From positions 139,147 through 203,146 of the forward strand of contig JAHITT010000006.1 in NCBI GenBank assembly GCA_018817715.1: a stretch of 64,000 nucleotides of DNA, read 5' to 3'. Origin of the DNA: Patescibacteria group bacterium. Lineage in GTDB: Bacteria > Patescibacteriota > Patescibacteriia > Veblenbacterales > UBA10138. Below, piece after piece: positions 9,244 through 17,760 of this stretch. A program made the translations under genes and the position numbers. Numbering within the stretch: position 1 is the stretch's first letter; the number at the start of each line of letters is the position of its first letter. The notes beneath the pieces are model-generated. The model saw only the letters and a list, made by a program, of their open reading frames with translations. It did not search any database and had not been told where the DNA came from.

Positions 9244-9642
9244 TTATTTTTTATTATATAACTTTAATTTCCAATCATAATAATACATTAATAATATTGA
9301 AAATAAAGTAATTCCTAGCCAAATCATTATTGGAGCGGCAAAATTGACATCTGAATTTATTGTCCAAATAATAATATGACTTATCACTATAACTGATAAC
9401 AAACTAAATAGTCTACTAACTGGATTTTTTATAACTTGGCTATATTTAAATTCTTCTTTAAGTAATCTATTATTAGTCTTTCTAAATACAAGAAGAAAAC
9501 AAAAAATCCACAAAGAATTAAACCAAACCTCCGCTATTTCTTTGGCTTCTACATTTTTAATAACGAACAATAAAGAAAAAATTATAGAAGAAAAATAAAC
9601 TAATTTTATAAAACCCGTTGAAAAACTTATACCCAGCGTCAT
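9244..9642 (-). CDS. Hypothetical small membrane protein (about 4 TM), cassette gene 4
   Basis: 132 aa. AGGAGG Shine-Dalgarno 6 nt upstream of the ATG. Very AT-rich. Confidence 0.45.
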   Translation of the reverse strand: MTLGISFSTGFIKLVYFSSIIFSLLFVIKNVEAKEIAEVWFNSLWIFCFLLVFRKTNNRLLKEEFKYSQVIKNPVSRLFSLLSVIVISHIIIWTINSDVNFAAPIMIWLGITLFSILLMYYYDWKLKLYNKK

Positions 9643-9651
9643 TTTAGCCTC

Positions 9652-9903
9652 CTATAATAGATATTTCTTCAATAGATTAATAATTTCTTCTTTTTCTTCA
9701 TTACTACCTAGTAATGAAGAAATAAAATCAACCACGTAAGAATAAACTAAAATAGGTTCATAATAATTAAACAACTCAAATTGAACCTCATTTAAAACCT
9801 CTTCAGCTAAAGGATTATTAATAGCCAAAGTAGAAAGCTCCGAATTAAGTTCAACTATTTGGGTTTCGTGGCTAGCCACTAAATCATTTTTAAAAGAACT
9901 CAT
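9652..9903 (-). CDS. Hypothetical acidic 83-aa protein, cassette gene 3
   Basis: GGAGAG Shine-Dalgarno upstream. 10-nt gap to gene 4. Confidence 0.4.
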   Translation of the reverse strand: MSSFKNDLVASHETQIVELNSELSTLAINNPLAEEVLNEVQFELFNYYEPILVYSYVVDFISSLLGSNEEKEEIINLLKKYLL

Positions 9904-9985
9904 TTTCTCTCCGATTGTTGTTTATAATTTTTAATTGTTATTTTTATTTTAATAGATTATTCTAGTACATTTCTTTAAAAAAATC

Positions 9986-10020
9986 AAGCCCTTGGGGAAA
10001 TTATAATATTCCAAGGGCTT
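9986..10020. terminator. Perfect 10-bp hairpin with T-runs on both sides, separating cassette gene pairs
   Basis: The sequence is aagcccttgg-N15-ccaagggctt. TTTT follows on the plus strand and AUUUUUUU follows on the minus strand. Confidence 0.45.
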
Positions 10021-10030
10021 TTTAATATTT

Positions 10031-10399
10031 TTAAGCGACCATTCTTTTTGCTCTGCTTATATTACTGTGGAAAAAACTATTAAATCTAGTTTTTTCCAAT
10101 TTGGATATAAGAGACTCATAAATTACCATTAATTCGACCTGGTCTCTTTCTAAATATTTAGAAATTTTATCCCAAGCAAAAGAAAATGAAAAGGCTATAC
10201 TACTAGATAACTGACAAAAATTTATAAAATTATCATAAACAATTAATTCTTCCGGAGAAGCTACTTCACTAACAATATTTTTTAATAATTTTTGAGTTGC
10301 TTCCGTCACCTTCTGGTTATTCAATAGATAAGAAACAGAACTATAATAACTAGCTCCAACCAAAGACGAAATTACTATTTCTTCTCCCGGTTTTAACAT
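10031..10399 (-). CDS. Hypothetical 122-aa protein, cassette gene 2, translationally coupled to gene 1
   Basis: Its start ATG overlaps the stop of gene 1 as ATGTTAA. A GGAGG Shine-Dalgarno lies 9 nt upstream, inside gene 1. Confidence 0.45.
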   Translation of the reverse strand: MLKPGEEIVISSLVGASYYSSVSYLLNNQKVTEATQKLLKNIVSEVASPEELIVYDNFINFCQLSSSIAFSFSFAWDKISKYLERDQVELMVIYESLISKLEKTRFNSFFHSNISRAKRMVA

Positions 10400-10785
10400 A
10401 ATATTTCCTCCTCAACTTTGAAAATTATTTCTGTAACGCTTTCGGGTGAATGACCAGACGTAATTTTACTTGAAGAAGCATATTCTTTAAACAACTTAAC
10501 AAAATTAGATTTGATTAATTTGTTATGAATTTCATTTAAAGATATCTCCTGATTAGCATCGGGAATTATAATTGGCTCACCGTTTTTATTGATTCCATAA
10601 CAACCAAAAAATAATTCTTTTTCCCTTGTGTCTAACAAATTTTCACAATCAATTACTAGAAAACTTAACATCCTCTTTTCATCTTCTGTAGAGAAAGCTA
10701 AATATCGATAAGCGCCTGCATAAGCCGCGCCAAACAGTTTAACCAACAGTTGACGATACATTTCGCCTGATATTTTAAGTTGCAT
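10393..10785 (-). CDS. Hypothetical 130-aa protein, cassette gene 1
   Basis: Starts 68 nt downstream of the dnaJ stop on the same strand. No recognisable motif. Confidence 0.45.
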   Translation of the reverse strand: MQLKISGEMYRQLLVKLFGAAYAGAYRYLAFSTEDEKRMLSFLVIDCENLLDTREKELFFGCYGINKNGEPIIIPDANQEISLNEIHNKLIKSNFVKLFKEYASSSKITSGHSPESVTEIIFKVEEEILC

Positions 10786-10853
10786 TTTTGCCTCCGTGGA
10801 TTGTTTTTATTTTTTGTTTAGTATATCTGTTATTAATTTAACAAGCAACTATA

Positions 10854-11978
10854 TCAAAACCAACCACTATTGTCAATATCCTCACCATTAAGCTCGGGTA
10901 AATTTTTTAAAGATTCTTTAGCTTTTTTGCTTAATTTATCCGGAGTTTGTATTTGCACAGTAACCAGTAAATCTCCCCTATTTTTACCCCGAACATGTGG
11001 CACGCCTTTACTTGGCACTTTAAATACTTGCCCGCTTTGCGTACCAGCTGGAATTTTTAACTTAATATCACCATCTAAAGTAACTACTGTAGCTTTACCA
11101 CCTAAAGCTGCTAGAGTAAAACTTATTTGTTGTCTGGTTAGTAAATCATAACCGCGGCGGTTAAATACCTTGTCCGGTCGTACTTGAATAGTAAGTAATA
11201 AATCGCCAGCTACACCGCCTTTAATTCCCGGCTCGCCTTCGCCAGCTAATCTAATACCTTGCCCATCATTAATACCAGCTGGAATTTTTACTTTTAACTC
11301 TCGCACTCCCATAACCGCTCCTTGGCCATCACATTTTTTACATTTTTGGCTAACGCTTTTGCCTTCACCCGCACAATTAGGACAAACACCCACGCTACGC
11401 ATAGCACCCAAAAAAGTGCGTTGAATTTGTTCTACTTGGCCCCGGCCGCCACAAGTGACGCAAGTTGTTACTTTGGCTCCTGGTTCCCCGCCAGAACCTT
11501 GGCAATTGTTACATACTATGGCTTTTTCAAAACGCAAAGTTTTAGACGCGCCAAAAACAGCTTCTTTAAAATCCACAGCTGTTACAAATTCCACATCACT
11601 ACCGCGCCTAGGCCCGGCCCGTCTGCTAGAACGACCGCCGCCGCCAAAGATATCACCAAAGATATCGCCTAAATCTCCAAAATCAAAATTGGCATTAGCG
11701 CCACCTTGATTACTATAACCACGTTGAAAATCCTGCCAGTTAAAACCGCCAGGTCCCGAACCAGCTTGATTAAAGTTGGCGCCAAATTGATCGTATTGCT
11801 TTCGCTTTTCGGCATTACCTAACACCTGATAAGCTTCATTAACTTCTTTAAACTTATTATCTGTGCCACCGTTTTTGTCTGGATGGTGTTGGTGCGCTAA
11901 CTTACGATAAGCTTTTTTAATCTCTTCGGCTGAGGCGTCTTTTTTTACGCCTAATATATTATAATAATCTGTGGACAT
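10854..11978 (-). CDS. dnaJ: Molecular chaperone DnaJ
   Basis: 374 aa. J-domain with HPD ([13 protein letters not shown]), a G/F-rich linker, and four CxxCxGxG zinc-finger repeats ([32 protein letters not shown]). Confidence 0.9.
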   Translation of the reverse strand: MSTDYYNILGVKKDASAEEIKKAYRKLAHQHHPDKNGGTDNKFKEVNEAYQVLGNAEKRKQYDQFGANFNQAGSGPGGFNWQDFQRGYSNQGGANANFDFGDLGDIFGDIFGGGGRSSRRAGPRRGSDVEFVTAVDFKEAVFGASKTLRFEKAIVCNNCQGSGGEPGAKVTTCVTCGGRGQVEQIQRTFLGAMRSVGVCPNCAGEGKSVSQKCKKCDGQGAVMGVRELKVKIPAGINDGQGIRLAGEGEPGIKGGVAGDLLLTIQVRPDKVFNRRGYDLLTRQQISFTLAALGGKATVVTLDGDIKLKIPAGTQSGQVFKVPSKGVPHVRGKNRGDLLVTVQIQTPDKLSKKAKESLKNLPELNGEDIDNSGWF

Positions 11979-12104
11979 AATTTAATTAGTATAAAATCCT
12001 TACCAAAAAACCAATTGTGCCTTAAACACAAAATAATCAAAATGGCAAAGTAAAATTCACAATAAACTTAATTTGCATTCTGAAATTTACTCTGACATTA
12101 AATA

Positions 12105-12175
12105 AGACGCAGTCAATACTACAACTGCGTCTAAAAAAATTAATTTTTTAAATGAGTACCGCGATGATCGGTACT
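12105..12175 (-). terminator. Two hairpins downstream (minus strand) of the 2-gene islet
   Basis: The first is agacgcagt-N10-actgcgtct (12105-12132). The second is agtaccg-N7-cggtact (12155-12175), flanked by T/A runs. Confidence 0.35.
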
Positions 12176-12326
12176 ATTTTTTCTTTTTATCCTGAGGTAG
12201 CTTCGATTAATTATTGAAGATGAACCTCTTAAATGTTTAATATTAATCGTTAAATAAACCGATGTTGATTTTGGCATACTAGCCTGACCCCTAAGATGAA
12301 ACAAACTATTGCTATTGCCTCTCATT

Positions 12327-12752
12327 TTACTTGCCTCCAAATGGATTTTGATGTGATATGTGTATATTAAACGGTTTATTGCTATAACTATATGAAGCAA
12401 TTTTTGCTAAATTTTCCTCTTTATCATTTTCTTCATTACTATCATCATCATTTACATTTTTAACAATAAGCCTTATCTTTTCTTTTACTAATATATTAAC
12501 AACCATCATCTTTCCAGAAAAAGAAAAAATATTATCAGGAATATCAATAATTTGTTCTAAAAATACTTTTTCGAATTTTACAATCCATGTAGCTTTATTA
12601 AAACAAATTTTTAATCTGTTTTTTTCTACCACTTGAACTATAAATTCTATTGACTTCTCTGAAGCTTTAACACACAAAAAAAATTTTCTACCTTTTGGCA
12701 ATTCAGTTATATCCAACTCCGAAACAGACACGTAGCCATTATTTTTAGACAT
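12327..12752 (-). CDS. Hypothetical 141-aa protein with an acidic Asp/Glu/Asn tract (islet gene 2)
   Basis: GGGAG Shine-Dalgarno upstream. Its N-terminus (MSKNNGYVSVSELDITELP) resembles that of the adjacent ORF (MAKNDKFVVISNLGQAIEIAQLP). Very AT-rich. Confidence 0.45.
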   Translation of the reverse strand: MSKNNGYVSVSELDITELPKGRKFFLCVKASEKSIEFIVQVVEKNRLKICFNKATWIVKFEKVFLEQIIDIPDNIFSFSGKMMVVNILVKEKIRLIVKNVNDDDSNEENDKEENLAKIASYSYSNKPFNIHISHQNPFGGK

Positions 12753-12762
12753 TTTTAGCTCC

Positions 12763-13071
12763 CTATTTTAACATTTTTTGAGAAAATTGGCTTTTTTTAA
12801 TAATAATATCCTGAAGTGTCATACTACCGCATTGATTTATTGGAATTATATTTCCAATAATTAACTCAGTAACTATTGTTACTCCACAGTAACCATTTAA
12901 ACTCAAACTTATCTGACCAGATTCATTTTTAACACCTTTAAACTTTTTAACTTGATTACCTGTATTAGGGTCAAATTTTTTGAATGAAGCGTGAAAAGAA
13001 TCCGGCAATTGAGCTATTTCAATTGCTTGACCGAGGTTAGAAATAACTACAAACTTATCATTTTTAGCCAT
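12763..13071 (-). CDS. Hypothetical 102-aa protein (islet gene 1), possible paralog of islet gene 2
   Basis: AAGAGG Shine-Dalgarno 8 nt upstream. 10-nt gap to gene 2. Confidence 0.45.
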   Translation of the reverse strand: MAKNDKFVVISNLGQAIEIAQLPDSFHASFKKFDPNTGNQVKKFKGVKNESGQISLSLNGYCGVTIVTELIIGNIIPINQCGSMTLQDIIIKKSQFSQKMLK

Positions 13072-13191
13072 AACAAGTGCCTCTTAATTTAGTTTTATGT
13101 ATTGATTTGTTAATTAACTTTTTTTATCTTAGTTTATTACTCTACTAAGACGCAGTTCAATTGTCAAATTGTAAAAGAGCTTATAACTAAA

Positions 13192-13273
13192 CCTCTTTTT
13201 AAAAAAGAGGAGTAAGAGGAAATTATTAAGACAAAGTAATAACCCCCTCTCACTCCCCCTTAAGATAAGGGGG
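13192..13273 (-). terminator. Two hairpins downstream of the dnaK-DUF3467 unit
   Basis: The first is cctcttttt/aaaaagagg (13192-13210). The second is ccccctt-aagat-aaggggg (13255-13273). Both lie just after the 13289 stop. Confidence 0.4.
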
Positions 13274-13288
13274 AGAATGAATAATTTT

Positions 13289-13579
13289 TTACTCAGTTTT
13301 AAAACCAATTTCTGGAGCATTGTGTCCAGTAGATTCTATTTTACCAAACTGCTCTTCATGCTTTTTTATATTTTCTGTTAAAGCTGCAGCCAAACGTTTG
13401 GCATGAGCCGGATTCAGGTACACTCGAGCTGCCACAATACCCTGAGGCGGCATAAGATTAAGAAAATCAATCACGAATTCTTCTTTAGTATGAGCAATTT
13501 GCGCCATATTGGCATAAACGCCTTTTAATACTTCGTCGGTTATTTTAACTTGAATTTGTTGGGGTTGTGCTTCTGACAT
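13289..13579 (-). CDS. Small DUF3467-like protein
   Basis: 96 aa. The pattern GVYANMAQIAHTKEEFVIDF...MPP...AHAKRLAAAL..NIKKHEEQFGKI matches my recollection of the DUF3467 family. It sits directly downstream of dnaK. Confidence 0.5.
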   Translation of the reverse strand: MSEAQPQQIQVKITDEVLKGVYANMAQIAHTKEEFVIDFLNLMPPQGIVAARVYLNPAHAKRLAAALTENIKKHEEQFGKIESTGHNAPEIGFKTE

Positions 13580-13650
13580 AATGTTGATTAATAATAATGA
13601 TAATTTCTCTAAGAGTAAACGCTAAGAACTCTTACTCTTAAGCATAATAT

Positions 13651-15579
13651 TTACTTTTTAACTTCCTCGTATTGACCTTCTACTGGACCTTGGTCTTTTT
13701 TGCCTTCGGTTGTTGAAGAGTCACCTGCTGGCTGTTCTCCATCATCACCAGGCTTAGCTTCGGCTGCGCCAGCGGCTTGTTGGGCCTTATACATAGCCTC
13801 ACCTATCTTAATAGCAGCCTGCTGCAAAGCATCTAAAGCGGTTTTAATAGCTGCGGCATCTTCACCATCTTTAACTTTTTTAACTTCTTCCAATTTAGCT
13901 TCCACTTCAGTTTTAACTTCGGCCGGCACTTTATCCGCCTGTTCTTTTAACATTTTTTCTGTTTGGTAAACAGTGGATTCGGCCACATTTTTCATATCTA
14001 TCAATTCACGACGTTTTTTATCATCTTCCGCATGAACTTCCGCTTCTTTTTTCATTTTTTCCACATCTTCCTTAGACAATCCAGAAGAAGCTGTAATAGT
14101 GATATGCTGTTCTTTATTAGTGGCCTTATCTTTAGCTTTGACAGATAAAATACCATTGGCATCCAAATCAAAACTCACTTCCACTTGAGGCATACCCCTC
14201 GGTGCCGGTGGAATACCATCTAAAATAAATCGGCCTAAAGCTTTATTATCTTTGGCAAATTCTCGTTCACCTTGCAACACGTGAATTTCCACACTGGTTT
14301 GACCGTCGGCAGCTGTAGAAAAAGTTTGGCTCTTGGAAGTTGGTATAGTGGTATTTCTATCTATTAACTTAGTCATTACCCCACCCAAAGTTTCTATACC
14401 CAAAGATAGCGGTGTAACATCCAACAATAAAACATCCCGAACCTCCCCCTGCAATACTCCACCTTGTACAGCCGCCCCAATGGCTACCACTTCGTCTGGA
14501 TTAACTGAGACATTAGGTTTTTTGCCAAAGAATTTTTCCACAGTTTGAATTACCAAAGGCATACGAGTCATACCGCCCACCAAAACTATTTCGTTAATAT
14601 CGCCAGGTTTTAAACCCGCATCAGCCAAAGCCTTTTTAGTCGGCTCTAAAGTTTTAGTTATTAAATCACCAACCAATTCTTCCAATTTAGCCCGCGTCAT
14701 CTTCATAACCATATGCTTAGGACCCTCGGCGCCCGAAGTTATGAAGGGCTGATTAATTTCTGTTTCCGTGGCAGTAGATAATTCAATTTTAGCTTTTTCG
14801 GCCGACTCTTTAACACGCTGTAAAGCCAAAGAATCTTTAGATAAATCTACACCGTTTTCTTTTTTAAACTCTTCGATTATCCAATTAATTATTTCCTGAT
14901 CAAAATCATCCCCGCCTAAGTGGGTATCGCCATTAGTGGCCTTAACTTCCACTGTATCGGAAGAAACTTCCAAAATAGATACATCAAAAGTACCGCCGCC
15001 TAAATCATAAACAACTATTTTTTCATCTTTTTTCTTATCAAAACCATAAGCCAAAGCAGCAGCTGTTGGTTCGTTAATAATACGTTTTACCTTAAGACCG
15101 GCAATTTCACCAGCATCTTTAGTAGCCTGGCGCTGAGAATCGTCAAAATAAGCTGGCACAGTAATTACCGCTTCAGTTATAGTTTCACCTAATTTCGCTT
15201 CCGCATCGGCCTTTAATTTTTGCAAAACCATAGCCGAAATTTCTTGGGGACTATATTGCTTGCCGTTCATTTCTACCTTAACACCTTCTCCGGATTTTAC
15301 CATTTTAAAAGGCAAAACTTTAAGATCACGCTGAACTTCTGGGTCTTCCCAACGACGCCCGATTAAACGCTTTAACGAATAAAGAGTATTTTGTGGATTG
15401 GTAACTGCTTGACGTTTAGCTAATAAACCAACCAAACGTTCACCTGATTTATTAATGGCTACCACCGAAGGAGTTGTTCTGGCTCCTTCCTTATTTTCCA
15501 ACACTTTAGGCTGGCCGCCCTCGATAACAGCCATACAAGAGTTGGTTGTTCCAAGGTCTATTCCTAATATCTTAGGCAT
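13651..15579 (-). CDS. dnaK: Molecular chaperone DnaK (Hsp70)
   Basis: 642 aa. Hsp70 signatures IDLGTTNS and DLGGGTFD, and an acidic C-terminal tail. Confidence 0.95.
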   Translation of the reverse strand: MPKILGIDLGTTNSCMAVIEGGQPKVLENKEGARTTPSVVAINKSGERLVGLLAKRQAVTNPQNTLYSLKRLIGRRWEDPEVQRDLKVLPFKMVKSGEGVKVEMNGKQYSPQEISAMVLQKLKADAEAKLGETITEAVITVPAYFDDSQRQATKDAGEIAGLKVKRIINEPTAAALAYGFDKKKDEKIVVYDLGGGTFDVSILEVSSDTVEVKATNGDTHLGGDDFDQEIINWIIEEFKKENGVDLSKDSLALQRVKESAEKAKIELSTATETEINQPFITSGAEGPKHMVMKMTRAKLEELVGDLITKTLEPTKKALADAGLKPGDINEIVLVGGMTRMPLVIQTVEKFFGKKPNVSVNPDEVVAIGAAVQGGVLQGEVRDVLLLDVTPLSLGIETLGGVMTKLIDRNTTIPTSKSQTFSTAADGQTSVEIHVLQGEREFAKDNKALGRFILDGIPPAPRGMPQVEVSFDLDANGILSVKAKDKATNKEQHITITASSGLSKEDVEKMKKEAEVHAEDDKKRRELIDMKNVAESTVYQTEKMLKEQADKVPAEVKTEVEAKLEEVKKVKDGEDAAAIKTALDALQQAAIKIGEAMYKAQQAAGAAEAKPGDDGEQPAGDSSTTEGKKDQGPVEGQYEEVKK

Positions 15580-15645
15580 AAATTTTATTTGCTAATAATT
15601 ATTAATATAGGCTCAAGCGAAATTTTAAATTATCTTAAAACCTCG

Positions 15646-15683
15646 CCCGAGTTTCGTATTTTTAATTAAAAATACGAATCGGG
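15646..15683 (-). other. Long near-perfect hairpin between hsp20 and dnaK (attenuator or processing site?)
   Basis: cccgagtttcgtattttta / taaaaatacgaa(tc)ggg, including the perfect 22-nt palindrome cgtatttttaattaaaaatacg. Confidence 0.35.
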
Positions 15684-15694
15684 AATAAACTTAA

Positions 15695-16111
15695 TTATTT
15701 AATCTCTACTTTAACTGTTTTTGGTTTAGCTCTTTCTTCTTTGGGAATTTCTATTTTAAGCATACCTTTTTCGTAAACTGCTTTAGCTTTATCGCCATTA
15801 ACAGCTGTAGGCAAAGCCACCGAACGATGAAAACCACCCGAACGAATTTCCTTACGATAATAATCCCGCTCATCCACTTCTGTCTTTTTTTCAAACTTAC
15901 CTTCAATAGTCAAAACATCGTTCTCAATGGCGATGTTAACATCCTTAGGATCTAAACCAGGTAATTGGGTTTCCACCACAACATTATCCTTGGTTTGGTA
16001 AACATCTAAGGCTGGTACAAAGCCGCTTAAAGATGGTGCGCCAAAATCGTCAAAAAATTTATCCGCATCAAACCAGCTAGGCATTATTGGACTGTAACGT
16101 ATGATAGACAT
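15695..16111 (-). CDS. Small heat-shock protein, Hsp20/alpha-crystallin family
   Basis: 138 aa. Alpha-crystallin domain (DVYQTKDNVVVETQLPGLDPKDVNIAIENDVLTIEG...GGFHRSVALP). A GGGAGG Shine-Dalgarno lies upstream. Confidence 0.9.
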   Translation of the reverse strand: MSIIRYSPIMPSWFDADKFFDDFGAPSLSGFVPALDVYQTKDNVVVETQLPGLDPKDVNIAIENDVLTIEGKFEKKTEVDERDYYRKEIRSGGFHRSVALPTAVNGDKAKAVYEKGMLKIEIPKEERAKPKTVKVEIK

Positions 16112-16193
16112 ATTAACACCTCCCTTCTTTAAAAATTTAATTAGCTTTTTAACAAAACTATCAGCTAACAGAAATAAATGGAGTCTTTATTCC

Positions 16194-16255
16194 CCGGCCA
16201 GACTAACTAATGTAAAATTAGCCTGGCCGGAGAGGCGATCTATTATCGCCTCTCC
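16194..16255 (-). terminator. Tandem hairpins between the micro-ORF and hsp20
   Basis: The first is ccggccag-N21-ctggccgg. The second is ggagaggcgat-ctatt-atcgcctctcc. Confidence 0.4.
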
Positions 16256-16261
16256 AACTCT

Positions 16262-16402
16262 TTAAAAAGAATCATTGTTATCGGCCTCACTATCCGATTC
16301 ACTCTCACCCACATCATCAATGTGAATAAGAGGAACATTGCAAGATGGGCAACGCCCTCTGGCATCATCGGTGTAGGCACATTCCGGACAAATATAGTCC
16401 AT
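16262..16402 (-). CDS. Candidate 45-aa zinc-ribbon micro-protein (CxxC-N11-CxxC plus acidic tail), absent from the ORF track
   Basis: The minus-strand ORF reads MDYICPECAYTDDARGRCPSCNVPLIHIDDVGESESDSEADNNDSF and lies between grpE and hsp20. No obvious Shine-Dalgarno. Confidence 0.4.
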   Translation of the reverse strand: MDYICPECAYTDDARGRCPSCNVPLIHIDDVGESESDSEADNNDSF

Positions 16403-16425
16403 ATATTACATTTTAATGTTAATTT

Positions 16426-16977
16426 TTATTTAGCAACTTTTACTTGGGCTGGCTGCAAAACCTTGTCGTGCAGTAAATAACCAGCCTTAACTTCCTCCAC
16501 CACCAAACCTGATTCTTTGGTCGTTTCGGCCACTTCTTGAACAGCTTCGTGATAGTAAGGATCAAATTTTTTACCTACTGATTCTATTTCTACCAAACCA
16601 TGACCGGCTAAAACCTGCCACAGCTTACTCTGAATATGAACAATTCCTTGTAACCAAGATTCAGTTGATTGCTCCTTAGGAACTGTCTTAAGAGCCTGCT
16701 TAAAATAATCTAACACTGGCAAAATCTCCAAAATAAGCTGGCTGTTGGCAAATTTAGCCAAAACTACTTGTTGGTGCTCTGTTTCTTTTTTTAAATTAGC
16801 ATAATCAGCTTGAGCCCGTCGCCAACCAAATAAATAATCCTGAACTTGTTTTTTTAATTCCACCAAGTCTTCTAACTCAGAATCATCCGGACTAGAGGTT
16901 GGCGAATTGCTTTTATTTTTAATATCTTCAGACATTTCTTGGTTTTTTAAAGAATTATTGGAAAAGTTTTTTAACAT
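16426..16977 (-). CDS. grpE: Nucleotide exchange factor GrpE
   Basis: 183 aa. Coiled-coil N-terminus and GrpE C-terminal beta-domain. Operon position fits hrcA-grpE-dnaK. Confidence 0.85.
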   Translation of the reverse strand: MLKNFSNNSLKNQEMSEDIKNKSNSPTSSPDDSELEDLVELKKQVQDYLFGWRRAQADYANLKKETEHQQVVLAKFANSQLILEILPVLDYFKQALKTVPKEQSTESWLQGIVHIQSKLWQVLAGHGLVEIESVGKKFDPYYHEAVQEVAETTKESGLVVEEVKAGYLLHDKVLQPAQVKVAK

Positions 16978-17644
16978 ATTGCAAAGTTCCTACGTTATAA
17001 TCATAATCCATTCTTAAGGGTCCTAATAAACCGACTAATTGCGGATGATGCTTACCAGGATAAGCCAAACAAACAACGGCACAATCAGCACCAAACGGAT
17101 TATCACGGCCAATTTTTATTTGCACATCACTAGTCATAGTTTTATAAAGCTGAGCCATAGATTCATCCAACTGATCTATTGCCGAACTAATAGAACGAAT
17201 CATATCCAAATGGCTAAACTCTGGCTGATAAAACAAATTAGACAATCCAGTGTAATAAACATCGTGGCCACTAAAACCAATAACCGCCGCCTGATTTGTT
17301 AGGCTGGCTAATTCCTTAGCCAATTGTCGTAAAACAGTTTCTGGCTCTAAAGAGGTTCTTCCATAAAAAATTTGTTCTAACTTTTTTTTGTCATCTTGAT
17401 TAGGCTCCACCGGAAACATTATCTTATCTAAATAATAACGGTAAGCCTTAATAGTGGGCTGGCGACCAGCTGAGGTATGAGGTTGTGCTAAATAACCTTG
17501 ATCGGTTAAATCCACCATTTCATTACGAATAGTCGCTGAAGAAATACCTAAGTTCCCTTGCAAAGCTTTAGAACTTACCAATTCAGCATTTTTTATGTAA
17601 CTTCTTATAATTTCCGCTAATAAAGTGTGTTGCCGTTCATTCAT
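16955..17644 (-). CDS. hrcA: Heat-inducible transcription repressor HrcA (start revised to the ATG at 17644; the ORF-track start at 17665 is an upstream non-ATG)
   Basis: MNERQHTLLAEIIRSYIKNAELVSSKALQ winged-helix N-terminus. Overlaps grpE by 23 nt. A CIRCE element lies 15 nt upstream. Confidence 0.85.
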   Translation of the reverse strand: MNERQHTLLAEIIRSYIKNAELVSSKALQGNLGISSATIRNEMVDLTDQGYLAQPHTSAGRQPTIKAYRYYLDKIMFPVEPNQDDKKKLEQIFYGRTSLEPETVLRQLAKELASLTNQAAVIGFSGHDVYYTGLSNLFYQPEFSHLDMIRSISSAIDQLDESMAQLYKTMTSDVQIKIGRDNPFGADCAVVCLAYPGKHHPQLVGLLGPLRMDYDYNVGTLQYVKKLFQ

Positions 17645-17658
17645 AAAATTATCCTCTA

Positions 17659-17685
17659 TTAGCACTCTCCAGCTTAGAGTGCTAA
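17659..17685. promoter_or_regulatory. CIRCE operator (HrcA binding site), perfect consensus TTAGCACTC-N9-GAGTGCTAA
   Basis: ttagcactc tccagctta gagtgctaa, seen directly. It sits between the -10 box and the hrcA start. Confidence 0.9.
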
Positions 17686-17688
17686 TTC

Positions 17689-17717
17689 ATTGTAGGTATA
17701 ACTAAAAAACCTGTCAA
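17689..17717 (-). promoter_or_regulatory. Sigma70 promoter TTGACA-N17-TACAAT driving hrcA-grpE-...
   Basis: The minus strand reads ctcTTGACAggttttttagttataccTACAATgaaTTAGCACTC. Confidence 0.6.
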
Positions 17718-17724
17718 GAGACAG
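17709..17724 (-). terminator. Terminator hairpin of the ABC operon, overlapping the -35 of the hrcA promoter
   Basis: cctgtc-tctt-gacagg, followed by UUUUUU on the minus strand. Confidence 0.4.
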
Positions 17725-17760
17725 GATTCCAAATAATATTTTTAGCTAAAATTAGCCTTT

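Noticed and set aside
9048-9311. 87-aa plus-strand ORF spanning the two long palindromes
   Set aside because: It runs through the terminator/palindrome region and into the minus-strand gene. Composition is non-coding-like. Treated as spurious.
12140-12400. 86-aa minus-strand ORF overlapping the 3' end of islet gene 2 and the terminator hairpins
   Set aside because: It overlaps a better-supported ORF that has a Shine-Dalgarno, and it spans the hairpin terminators. Likely spurious.
13129-13320. 63-aa minus-strand ORF in the hairpin region downstream of the DUF3467 gene
   Set aside because: It lies across two terminator hairpins and overlaps the DUF3467 stop. No RBS.
16955-17665. ORF-track start of hrcA at 17665
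   Set aside because: Position 17663-17665 is a GTG inside the CIRCE element. The ATG at 17644 (MNERQ...) downstream of CIRCE is the plausible start. The CDS was annotated as 16955-17644.
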